Source: Hyphochytrium catenoides | Taxonomy: Eukaryota > Protista > Hyphochytriomycota | DNA: 64,000 nucleotides | Reading direction: 5' to 3' | Assembly (NCBI GenBank): GCA_900088475.1 | Contig: FLMG01000355.1 | Location: forward strand, 1 to 64,000 | Shown: positions 1 through 11,471 of the stretch, piece by piece | Numbering within the stretch: position 1 is the first letter of the stretch | Layout of the letters: each line of letters opens with the position of its first letter | Program-made: the position numbers and the translations under genes | The notes under the pieces: generated by a model | What the model saw: the letters and a program-made list of their open reading frames with translations, nothing else | The model's database searches: none | Told to the model about the DNA's origin: nothing

Positions 1-916
1 GTGATGTCTTTGCCGCTGAAAGCCTGTGCTATGGTCTGTTGTATGGGCTGGCGGAAAGTAACTTCGCGGAGGTGCTAAAGTAGTAGTCATGATCTCGCCG
101 AAACGCGGAGGTACGCCTATAAGGTAACGACCTGCTGCTCCAAAGTCACGATTCCATGTGTTAGAGGGCCTCAGAGAAGTGCCAGCAGCCTTTAGTATCA
201 ACCACCCTTATAGGTGGCGAGGGCAACGTGGTCTATTAACATGAGAGTATGTAATGACACTGCGGTCTCCTCAAGATGCCCTATGCGCACTCATATCCTC
301 TGGATCTGAATTGGCCTTTGAGAAGAAAAAGTCCTCTAGTTTGTGCGCGATGGAAGGACATAGAAATACTATGCTTACTTTAGAGTGCAGCCATCAGGAG
401 GAAAGGTAGGTATCAAGCTTGTCATGCTGCTCTTTATCGCCCTACTACGAGTATGTATCGAGAATCCCAAGAAATCTGATCCTCAACGGATCATCACTCT
501 GTTCATTGGAGATGAATGAAGAAACAGAGTTGACATCAAAACTCGAAGACACGTACCCCTAATGAAGTGGGTAATCTGGGTACGGGGGTCAATGGCTTCG
601 CGAAGGGGCGGGTGAAAATAAACCCTAAATAAAGAAGAACTAACAGCTAACCCAGATAATGAGATCAATTGAGATGATAACTAATGCCTGTTGACTGGAA
701 AGGGTAAATGGGTAAATCGCTAATTCCCATACTTCCACCGCCCGATGTGCTCGCCGCTTGCGCTTTCACGGCGCCTAACAAAAGAGCAAGGTAGTTCTCA
801 AGCCTGTGGGATCTGATAGAGCTGCAGACTGAGCTTCATCTCTGAGTCCAGATCATTTTCTATGTCAGTGGTCTTTCTAGTGGCGGCTTGGACTCATCAA
901 TAGGAGCTACCGAAGA

Positions 917-1598
917 ATGGCCTTTCGCTCTGCAGTCAAGAACCTTAACAGGGGCAGACCCCTTCCTGAGCTGAAGGCTAACCCCGCCGTTGTGCTATAC
1001 AGACAATGTGTCAGGTATCTGAAGTGCGAGTGGTGTCCAAATAACCGATGAAATCAGTTCTAAACTCTTGAATGAATGGCTAATGTTGATACAGGAGTGT
1101 ACCCAGGGTCCTCACGCTGTATGATATAAATATGGACCCGGCTGAGGCGCGGAAGGAAATTCAGAAGCTGTTCCGCGTGAACGCAAGTGTTAAGAGCGAA
1201 AGAGCAATTGACACGCTGCTTGCCAAGGGAAAATTGGAGCTGGAGGAAGTGTTAATGCAGTGGAAAACCAGACATCACGTCGTGGTAAGGAGTGACATCG
1301 GTTATAGGGTCGCTTGTAGGTTGGACTCACTTAGTTTTCGCGAAAAAAGGCGATGCTAAAGCCTGAAGAGGCCATGAGCTCGGCGCAAAGACGGAGGCTG
1401 TTGGAGGATACTGGCGATCAGTTCTCGGCACCTGATCGGCAGCTCGTCATTTGGCAGCTGATCAACGAAGGCAAGACTGATTTCAGCGAAGAGGCTATCC
1501 GTAAGAAAGCAGCAGACATGGTCGACGCTGGAGAAATATTTGCGATTGATCCAGAGTGCTTCAAAGCTAAGATCGGGCAGACTACAATCGCAGGCTGA
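917..1598 (+). CDS. NDUFA6: NADH:ubiquinone oxidoreductase subunit A6 (B14, LYR-motif family), 3 exons, ~178 aa with C-terminal extension
   Basis: Spliced exons 917-1014, 1095-1284 and 1350-1598 give MAFRS...VVLYRQCVRSVPRVLTLYDI...EIQKLFRVNASVKSERAIDTLLAKGKLELEEVLMQWKTRHHV. This has the LYR motif and the NDUFA6-type ID.LL.KG..EL.E....WK...H. Confidence 0.85.
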
Positions 1599-3191
1599 GT
1601 GGTACCGTGGCTCACCAATCAGAAGAAGGCAAAATAAAGACATCGTAGGAACCCTAAAGGATCATATCTAGTGCTTGTGCCTAAAGTCAAGGGCATCTTC
1701 CTTCCAACGGCGCTGCGGACAAATCGGCTCTTGGCGTCGATCGGTGATTAAACTCTCGTTCGTGCAACTTCTTCTTTCTAGTCATTCATGTCTGCTATGT
1801 CTGTTAACAAGTCGTCATTCGTTCATAGTGTTAGTAATTTGAGCACAGCAAGGGTTATTGATTCCCTTGCAATGGGGACGCGGAGAGCACAGCTCATTTT
1901 GGCCGTTCATAAACACTGTGACATCGTCGCCACGGAGAGCCCGCAGCGTGACTACCAAAGATAGCAAACAGGGAAGTCTGCTCTGTTTCTGACCTACATC
2001 GGCCACAACCACCGTTGGTGATTGGCTATAGAGCTTTGGAGCTGGCTAGCGATCCTCAACCTGACGCATGCTTCACAAATCACAGCCAACAAATCCCAGA
2101 GGGCCTTCAAACTTTCAGAAAAGAGCCTGATGGGAGCTCAGCCAACCGCACACTGAGAGCCAGCAAGAACATGAAGTATATCATTATTAAAAATGCATTG
2201 ATTGGGCTATCGACGCAATCAGGGGGCAGTGCTGAGCCCATTGGAGTTTAATCAAGCTAGTATGTGTGCTTGGACAGGTTTGGCGAGACTCGTATGTGAG
2301 CATATGGAAAGGAATGTAGGCCGCTTTTCGACAGCTTTTTTGTTCCTGTGCTTTGGAGATTGCATAGCATCTTGGCGGCGACAGGGTAAACAATAACAGC
2401 TGCTACTAATAGAAGGAAGCGTCTCAGCCATCGAGGGCTTATCTATAGATACGGCGAGGTCAAGGTACTGAACACTCTAGGTGCTGCCAGGTCGAAGTTT
2501 AGATAGGGGAGGAAGCGTACAGCCTGGCGATCGCGGAGCTGGAGCCTTTTGTCGGGCAATGGAGTACGTGCTCATTTAGTAGTCTAGAGGGTCCATAAAC
2601 ATTGTACTACCTGTACCACACCGTAGGGTTTCCCAAGCTGTTGTGCCACTATTCCATAAACCTCGAGGCGACAGCCGAAGCACACATTGAGAGCTCTGAC
2701 TATTGCTTTGTCACAATGATGATAGATTGTCGCACACCATCGTCAATCTTCTATGACTAGCTCTATGACTGTATCTTCTTGGCGCTGTCCGCCCTTCATC
2801 GCGCAACCTGACCATTTGATGGCTTGATCGAAGGATTTGGAGCTTTTCAGAGGAGACTCCATCTCTTCAATCTTCGTTGTCACGAATAATCTCTGCGCAA
2901 GGTGTATATGTCAGGAATAAGAGAGGGGCCTGTTCTGGATAGAAATGGTATGATGATGGTTTTATCCCGACTTGGTACAGTCCTTGGAGTAGAGTGAGGG
3001 TTCTGATTCTTATGATGTGGTGAGGAGTGAGATGAGGATCGGGCCGCAGAGCGCCTTGCCTCGGGTGTCACACACCTTCACTCTCCTTTTGCATTCAGGA
3101 CAGTTTGCAAGTTCCGTCGAAGTCAATAGCTCAAGGCTCCTCTTTCTGCAGAGGCGCAGCGCTCCTCGTCAAGAAAAGTTACGTTCGGAAG

Positions 3192-4979
3192 ATGGAGACA
3201 CTGCAGGAGCTTCTTGAGCGGCTTGCGCCGAGCTTGAGCGGTGTAAAGGCCACAGCCGAGGAGGCTTTCCCAAAGGAGTTTGAGAATGACCCAATCGTGA
3301 AGAAAATTTGGGACCTCTATGCTGTGGCCTACGAAGTTCAGCAGTATCGGGGTCCGCTGGGGGCCACCATGCTGTCGGACTATCGTTACAATGATCGTCT
3401 CCCCGACCTCAGTATGGAGGCGCATCTTCAGTCAATCCAAGAGCTACAGTCCCTACTGGCCGAAGCCGAAAAGATTGACGCTGAGGCGGTACCAGCGTCG
3501 CAACGTCAGAACTTCCTTTTTCTCAAGGAGATGCTGGAATTAGAGCTCCTTAGGGAGAAGTTACCTTCGTCTAGGCTAATACCTTTGAGCCACCTATTCG
3601 GGCTTCACACTTTCTTCCCTCAGCTGGGCCAATTTCATCCTCTCTCCTCTAAAGAAGACGGAGGCACATTTATGAAGCGGATGCATGCTTTCCCAAAGCT
3701 TATAGAGCAGATCATCGCGGCCTTCCAGGAAGGTGTTTAGGAAGGCTACACTCTTCCTGCCTTCTCTATTGAACAGATCATCGTGCAAGTCAACGACCAG
3801 CTAGTGCCTGTTGACGAGCTAAGTCTCTATGCTGCAGTTAAGGGCAAACTTGCTGCAGTCAATATTGATGACGAGGACTTTCGCCTTGTCCTCAGTGATG
3901 AAGTGCAGCCTGCTTACGCTCGATTGAAGGAGTTCTTGCAGAATGAGTATATCCACCATGCCCGCACAACGGATGGAATCAGCTCTTTCCCCTTGGCCAA
4001 AGAAGTGTATGACAAAGAGCTGCGATATTACAGCTCACTACCATACTCCTCGGAGAAGATCCATCAGATGGGCTTATCCGAGGTTGCGCGTATCAAGCAA
4101 GAGATGGAGGGCATCAAAGCGCAAGTAGGCTTCAATGGTACTCTTTCTGAGTTCATGGATCACCTCAAGGAAGAGCCAAAGTTTGTACCACCAAGCGGCG
4201 AATATATTGTGGAGGAGTACAAGCGGATCCTGAAGCTGGCGGAGGACCGTGTCAAACCGTTCTTCGGCTTGATGCCCAAGGCTTCTTACGATGTAAAGGC
4301 CATTGAGCCCTTTAGAGAAAAAAGCGCTCCGCCTGCGCACTACTTCCCACCTGCCCGGGATGGCTCTCGTCCTGGTTTGTTCTATGCAAACACCTACAAA
4401 CATGAAACAAGGCCCACATATGTGATGGAGTCTATTGCACTCCATGAGGCAATTCCAGGGCATCATTTCCAAATTGCCATTGCACAAGAACTTCCTGGTC
4501 TCCCTCGTTGTCGCACTTTAACTCAAGGTTTCACCACCGGCTACATTGAGGGGTGGGGACTGTACACAGAAAGGCTGGGATTGGAACTCGGATTTTATAC
4601 AGATCCTTACCAGAACTTCGGACGCCTAGTGACGGAGATGATGAGGGCAGTACGATTGGTCGTTGACACCGGCATCCACTCGATGGGCTGGACGCGGGAG
4701 AAGGCCCTTGAATACTTCATGGCCAATTCCGCTATGGGAGATACCGACGCTAGGAACGAGGTGGACAGGTACTGCGTGTTCCCGGGGCAAGCAGTCTCTT
4801 ACAAATGCGGTGATATAAAGATCTGGGAGCTTCGGAAGTACGCAGAAAATGCCTTAGGTGACCTCTTCAAAGTCTCTGAGTTCCATGACGTTGTGCTAGG
4901 CGTAGCATCAGTGCCTCTGCCAATACTGGAAACTACTATTCACGAATGGGTTAAGAGGAAGCAGCAAGACTCCGCATAA
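3192..4979 (+). CDS. DUF885-family putative zinc metallopeptidase, intronless, ~595 codons, with one in-frame TAG at 3738-3740 (readthrough, recent pseudogene or base error)
   Basis: ORFs 3105-3740 and 3783-4979 share a frame. Family motifs: IHQMGLSEVARI, YFPPARDGSRPGLFYAN, LHEAIPGHHFQ, YIEGWGLYTERLG, RAVRLVVDTGIH, EVDRYCVFPGQAVSYKCG, FHDVVL. Confidence 0.85.
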
Positions 4980-5808
4980 ACAACCTCTTCCCCATGTAGC
5001 TAGTAAGCTCCTTTATTATGTTGGTAACGAAGGAAGACTTAACGATGGAGCATATTTTGCATCCAAGGTCGACGTTCGTAATGCTAACTATTCGCGACGG
5101 TTTGTGCCGCGGGGGATAATGATCTGTGAGTCCAAATAGCATGCAGCAGCTTTCGCGAGAACACGGTCGTAAGGCTAATACTTCTTATATAAGACCTACG
5201 ATCTTTCCTTGGGCAGCGAGGTGTTGTCTGAGCTGTGAGTGCAACGCAGAAAACACAAAATCTTTCACAAGTATCATGGCACTACTTACCTTTACTTGAT
5301 CTGGACTCTCTTCTCTTCACCGTTAGCTCGCTTCAGTCACTCATCGTGCTATCATCTGATGAGTCTGGCAGCTGTCGGAGGAGAGACAACAAGAACTCTC
5401 GATCTCTCCAAGGAAGCATCTTGCCTTTCACCAAGCTTAGCAAAAAGGCAAAATGATTGCTTGGGCTTGATCTTGACTTTTGACAACTTGACAACATAGA
5501 ACAAGAGGCTAAGCTTTTCCGTTAGGGGCTGAGGGGTTCAGATTATCTATCCGTTAGCGGCTAAAGGCCAGGTTGCCTTGAGGGCGGTGATCCAAAGATG
5601 TGATGATGTAATGATGTCCTGCAGATCCAAACTCTTGCAAACTCTCCTTCCCTTGCTCTCGTGCTGCGCTGCGCGGTGTCTCTGGTGAGATACTCTTCTA
5701 GCTACTCTTCCTCATCTCTTCATAGTCAGCAGAGAAGCCAGAGCTTCTTTACGGGGTGGGATCTGTTTAAAGATTTATCCTCGTAGTTCATTTAGCCCCA
5801 TTGGAACC

Positions 5809-8800
5809 ATGAGGGCCATCGTGTGGTACTGCTGCGCGGTGATTTGGGGCAGCGCTACACCTCTCAGTCTCGCTTTGTACGCAGATCAGGCTGGACAGTT
5901 CGACTGGCTACAGAGATATGTAGGCCTTGTGTCAAAGGCAACCTATGACGATAAGAGGACCTATGTAATGACGGAAAGCAACGTCATAGCATCATTGAAG
6001 TCCAAAACCGGGGAGATTCAATGGCGACAAGTTCTACCTGAAGGTCTGTAAGATTGCAGGGATATTCTGCCGCATTTGCTGAAGTCGTGTCTGCAGGAGA
6101 TCGAGTGAACGATATTGGCCTTTGTGGAGGCGGAGTTCTCTCTGTCTCCGGGTAAGTGGATGTTTGCTTTGCTGGCCGCATTCGAACGACCAAGTCTGAT
6201 TATATCTTAAGGAGGAGGTTCATTCGAGGATGGAGTGCTAACGAGGGGAAGTTACAATGGGAGCATGTCCGAGGATCTGGTGACGGATTGGCCCGGGTGG
6301 CAGTTATATCAGATAATGAGGCGCTAGCGGTATCAGGCAATGAAGTGTCATTGGTCAATTGCAGAACAGGGGACATTAAGCGATCCACTACGTTGGGAAC
6401 AGATAAGGGGGTGACTGAAGAGATGGTCTTTGAGAAGGTAAGTGAACTCATTGACTCCCATCTGGCCGGCCTAAGCGTCTTAGTATTTGCGATGAAGGGA
6501 ACTGAAAAGGTCCGCTTCCTGAGCCGTGAAGGCAAGATCGTGCGGGTTTTCAGCCTGGATCTTGCAACGTGGGAAAAGAAAGAGGAGACATACTTTTCCA
6601 ACAGTAGAGATCAATCGTTACCTACTACCTACCTGAAGAGCAGCAAAGGTTCTTATTCCATTACATTGGTGCAACTATCCCTATAGTCGTTGAAAGTGTT
6701 TGTTGCCCAGGTTCTTCAGGCCCATTTCTTACACAGCTGGCGAAGGACGGCACCCTTGACGTCGTCACCCTCCAGACAGGCAAAAGTTATTCTTATGGAC
6801 TGTCCAGCTTCACAGATTCCAAAGCCTCGCCTCAACAGTTGCTCTTCCCTGCACCCTCGCAGCACAACACAGTAGGAGCTTTTGTGGTGGTGGATGAAGA
6901 ACAAAATGCCCATCTTGCCTGCCTGAATGACGGCGGAGTCCCACAACACATTAAGACGGAGAAAGGAGTAGAAACGGCTGCTGTCGGGGCTGCTACCCTA
7001 GAGACTGAAGGTACTTCACTCACTGGTCAGGCCCGTGATTTCGGGACATCGTGGTTCTTTGATTTGCCCTACGGTCTTTGTAGTTCTGATAGTATTGTTA
7101 GCAACAAGGCAGGGCGGATAGAGACCCCAGGTTGCTTCTGTATATCTCTCTCTTTCTGAGAGACGGATGATGCCTGTCACACTTCTCAGTTCTCTTCAAC
7201 TATTCAACGCAACAGACGGAAAGGAGTTCATTGTATTTGCCTACAAGTCTACGAAAGGGAGTTTTGTTTTGGAGCTTATCGCTATGGATTCTCTCACGAG
7301 TAAGTTTGTCGACCAATTGGTGCTTCCCGCGGTACCTATGACCGTTGTACCTCCGTTGGGTTACACACCTGCCATGGCTAACGACCGCTTCAGTTGTCCA
7401 GACTTGGAATATCAAAGATGGGTTGTCTGATACCGTGGGCCTTCTTAATGTCTTCGCCCAGGTAAGTCTACCACCCTCGCCTGTCCCAGTTCCAGAAACA
7501 GCATCTTTCAGGACTTGGCAAATTAGATTGTTTAGAAATGTCAAGAGGAGACTTCTTAATGTAGCGTTGTCGGTACAGGTCTTCACTCGAAAAGGCGATG
7601 GACGCATCGCCTTCAGGGCGTTAGTCCTGGAAAGGGATCACAGGACCATTGCTGTCGAGAAATCCAAGCTGATGTGGACCAGGGACGAAAGTCTGGCTTC
7701 CATTGCGAAGGTAGGAGCTCCAAAAATGAAATCAGCATCTGAATTAGGCTATTGAAGTTGAGCTACTTGAATAACGAAAGCGAAGAGAGGGGTATGCTGC
7801 GGGACAGTACTTGTGTCCTGAGCCAGCGGTGGACTAGAGCTGAAAGTACAACGGCCAGACAGCGCGCTTGGGACAGAGAAAATGAAGTGGGCATGGAGAT
7901 CACATAAGAGAAGTCTGCATCCACCGTAACGGGTCTAGTCCACGTCTTTGAACGAGATTGTTTGCCATTGCTGTTAGGTGGAGTGGATTGGCCTCTCAGA
8001 GCACGTGGAAGAGGAGACATTTGTGCACATCCCTCCCTTTACCGAGCGCTTGAAAGTGCAGCTGCACCACTTGCAGAGTTTGGGTCGGAAGCTGCTCGAC
8101 CCTTCAAGCTTTACTACAGCATTCACTGACAATAAACACTACTTTGGATTTGATAAGGTAGGGCCCTTCAATAGCGGCATTCTCCGTCTTGGATTTACAC
8201 CTCGTTGTCCTCACCTAAGCTGTGAGCCATCTCAATACCCGTTGACCTTTCCTTTTCCTTCTGCAACCGTTCCTGGGGTTCTCCCATATTGGTGTGTCAC
8301 TTGCGAAACCTCAGGCGTCCGAAGATGGCATATTTTTCTCAGAAATCTCTGTTGGTGCTTTATACAATGCAGGTCATTGTAGCGTATACTTCTACGGGGA
8401 AACTGTTCGGGATAGAGGCATCTACTGGCTCTATTCTTTATCGCGAGCAATATCCTCCCCATCTTCAGCTTGTACCAAGGAGGAGGATGCCGGGAGGAGG
8501 GGAGGTCGCGGAACTCTTCCTTTTATCTTCTTCAAGCCTCTTTGTCATCAATGGGGAGACCGGAAAGGCAACGAAGAAAATAAGTTTGGGACAAGGTATG
8601 TGGTGGCTAGGAGAATGGAACCTGCTTTCGGTCTTCCAGGCTTAAGTCTTTAGAATCCTTCTGGAGGTGCTAGGCTAGTCTATCTTGCATCCAGCGAGGT
8701 GCTTACTTCTTTGTCCCTTCGATGTCTACGACGCTCGTATGTTCAGATTGCGACCAAGTCCTTCTGTTCCCGCCGCACGCACCGTCCGCCGGGATGGAAG

Positions 8801-11073
8801 GATATATTGAGAAGATTCTTCTCCTAGTTCAGGAAGGAGGACGAGTTGAACTCTTTCCGGATACTGACAGCTCCAGACTTCTCATCGACGAACACATCCG
8901 GTCCAGGAGCGGGCTTGGTATGACCTTGATTTGATCTAGCTTGGCAGAGCAGTTCCACAGTCTTGCCCCCTCGAGCGTATTCGACGTGCTACCAATTTCT
9001 CTTCCTAACTGAGACATCTCTATTGCCTCCAGGTGAGATAATGTACTTCCACAAGGTTGATAGGGCAGCTAAACGGGTGGTGGGTTACGCCATCAAAAGC
9101 GTGAGGAAGGAGGTAGGCCGAAACTTACCTTGTACTGCCCTGTTAGCCGATACCTGCTCAGGAGAATCTGCTACAGCCATGTAAAAATCTCTCGTTTCGT
9201 CCTCGATTCTGTCTAACTTACCGTGCTGACTTACTGTGCTTAAGAACGAGAAGGAGATCTTACTTCCTGCCACTTCTCTTGCCTTAGCAGCTAAGGGCCA
9301 TTGAGACCTGGACGGTGGCCTTTGATTCGAGCGAAAAGGTCATCGCCACCTCGTCTAGAGCAGACGAAGAGGTGCGTCGTAAAATTGTGTATGACCTCTC
9401 TACCTCCACTGGTCATCTACATGGTCCTTTGTCGCACGTAGGCCACGCACTGTCCAACTCCTATGTTATGCTGGCTTCTCACTTCAGCTTCGTTGTCCTG
9501 TTTTCCCTTACCTTTCCCTCGGTCTGACTTCATCCTCATCCCTTTCGCTCTGGTTGCAGGTGGTAGACTCTCCAGTAATGGTCCTTGGAGATGACAGCCT
9601 GCTTATCAAATACCTGAACCCACATATGATTGCCGTCGCAACGCTCTCTGAAGGGGAACGTGGAGGAAGCACTGAAGTGCAGGGAGCGAAGCACAATCGC
9701 CGTCTCACACTTCATATACTGGACTCTGTAACTGGGAGGATCCTGCATCGCGTCTCTCATGTGAATGGAGCCGAACCGTGCACAATTGCTCAGGTTTGTA
9801 TGTGCGGATGTTCTTTTGCTTCACTTTTTTGCAGAGAAAGGCAACAGCGCTAAAGGTGCCATTGTCGCCTGCATTTGGGGCCCAGAGCGATTATGTTTCT
9901 GTAAAGCCGCTCCATTGCCATCTTTTGTATGTACTAAGCAGTATGCATTCATCCTTCTGCTTACAGACCGAGAACTGGTTTGTCTATTCGTTCTTCAACC
10001 CTGCAACCAGTCGAACAGAAGTGGCCTCTGTGTCTTTGTATGAGGGTATGATCGGAAAGAGATCTCTATCTCCCTGGAGAAGCCCGAAAGTGGACCACAC
10101 ATTTTCGTCGTTCAACTCTTCCGTTCCAGTCGTCCTACAGAAGACATTTGCATTTCCAACCGGGATCAAGGTGAGATAGATATCTGAGACCCCTCCCCTG
10201 TCCAACATATTCTGCTTAGGGTTAGGAAAGTCGTGATCGCTCCAGTCCCTGATCCCACCCCTTGATCTCATTCTTCTTCGCTTTATTGTTGCAGTGCATG
10301 GCGCCGACCATCACCGCCAAGGGCATTACTACCAAAAGTCTTCTGGTGGGGCTGAGCACAGGACAGATCCTCTCCATGGATCGCCGTTTAGTTGATCCAC
10401 GCAGGCCCATTGGGGACCCATCTGAGGATGATCAGAGGTAAGACTAGCCGCTCGCATGGTACTGGCAGCGGCCGAAAAAGTGGGAGATCAATGGTAACCG
10501 TGTTTTTTTGGAGAGGATAGTGTGTAAGAGCGGCATGAAATTTTTCCGCCTAATGAGGAGATAGAAATACCACTGCTGACCAGACTCTTCCAGCGAGGGT
10601 CTCCTCAAGTACTCGATCTACGTACCCATGATCCCTACCGCCGTTGTCACCTACAATCAGACGATTGAAGGACTTCGAGGGATCAAGGCTACCGGTATGT
10701 AAATAGATTGTGTCTGAGCTGATTTCGAACGCTCGTACCCATGCTGTGACGTACTGTTCCTAACGTTCGATGTCTCTCCTCTATCGCGGCTGATGTTGCA
10801 TGGATTTATTTGGCAGGGATCAAGTGTATGTTCTTGTCAGTCCCCACACTAACTCTCACTCTTCCAGGGGCTAAGCTGGAATCCTCTTCGCTGGTGTTCG
10901 CGTACGGTCTTGACCTCTTCTTCACGAGAGTCAACCCTTCCAAAACATTTGATCTTCTTTCATCAGACTTCAATTATCCACTGCTGGTAGCCCTCACGGC
11001 GGGCCTCTTCATAGCACAACTGATAGGAAAGCATATGGTACAGCAGAAGAAGCTTAAGACAGCCTGGAAGTAA
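5809..11073 (+). CDS. EMC1: ER membrane protein complex subunit 1, multi-exon
   Basis: Signal peptide then ALYADQAGQFDWLQRYVG, SNVIASL...GEIQWRQVL, WTRDESLASI, FGFDK, VLGDDSLLIKYLNPH, ENWFVYSFFN, T.KGIT, LESSSLVFAYGLDLFFTRVNPSKTFDLLSSDFNY, a TM segment and KKLKTAWK*. Confidence 0.95.
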
Positions 11074-11471
11074 GGGCAAAATAGGGAAGCTTTGTACATG
11101 CTGACTAAAGAGAGACGTCGATTAGCTCCACGTCGGCGGTTCAGATTTGAGGGATGTTGAGAGGTGGAAAGATGTCTCCACAAGGTCAGGGTACACAAAC
11201 GGGAGAAGGGAGAGCTGGTGTGGAAACCAGAGTGCCAAGATGACGTGAACACGCAAGCAAGAGGAAGGAGACAGTTTCTTGTGCCTGCTTTAGGAAGAGC
11301 GGAGGCCTGGGCACTCCAGATGTTGTACCAGGGTCATCTAATTGCGTTTTGCAAGTCAATCAAGGTTATTCACAAAAGATCCTTGTTATCCACGCTAGTT
11401 AAGCGCACTTCTACTCTCTTCCTGGTCGGGCCTTCTCTCTTTTTCGTCCCCTTAACCTAAACTTTTCTCAG

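Noticed and set aside
2717-2811. Box C/D snoRNA (ATGATGA ... CTGA)
   Set aside because: No convincing terminal stem or recognisable rRNA-antisense guide. Such short boxes arise by chance.
3738-3740. Genome-wide reassignment of TAG to a sense codon
   Set aside because: TAG ends RPC7 at its expected C-terminus (58115-58117) and apparently ends the coiled-coil gene (22775-22777). Multi-kb exons of the giant gene contain no in-frame TAG.
3733-3740. Micro-intron GTGTTTAG removing the DUF885 stop
   Set aside because: At 8 nt it is too short to splice and would shift the frame. No suitable upstream donor exists without deleting conserved-looking coding sequence.
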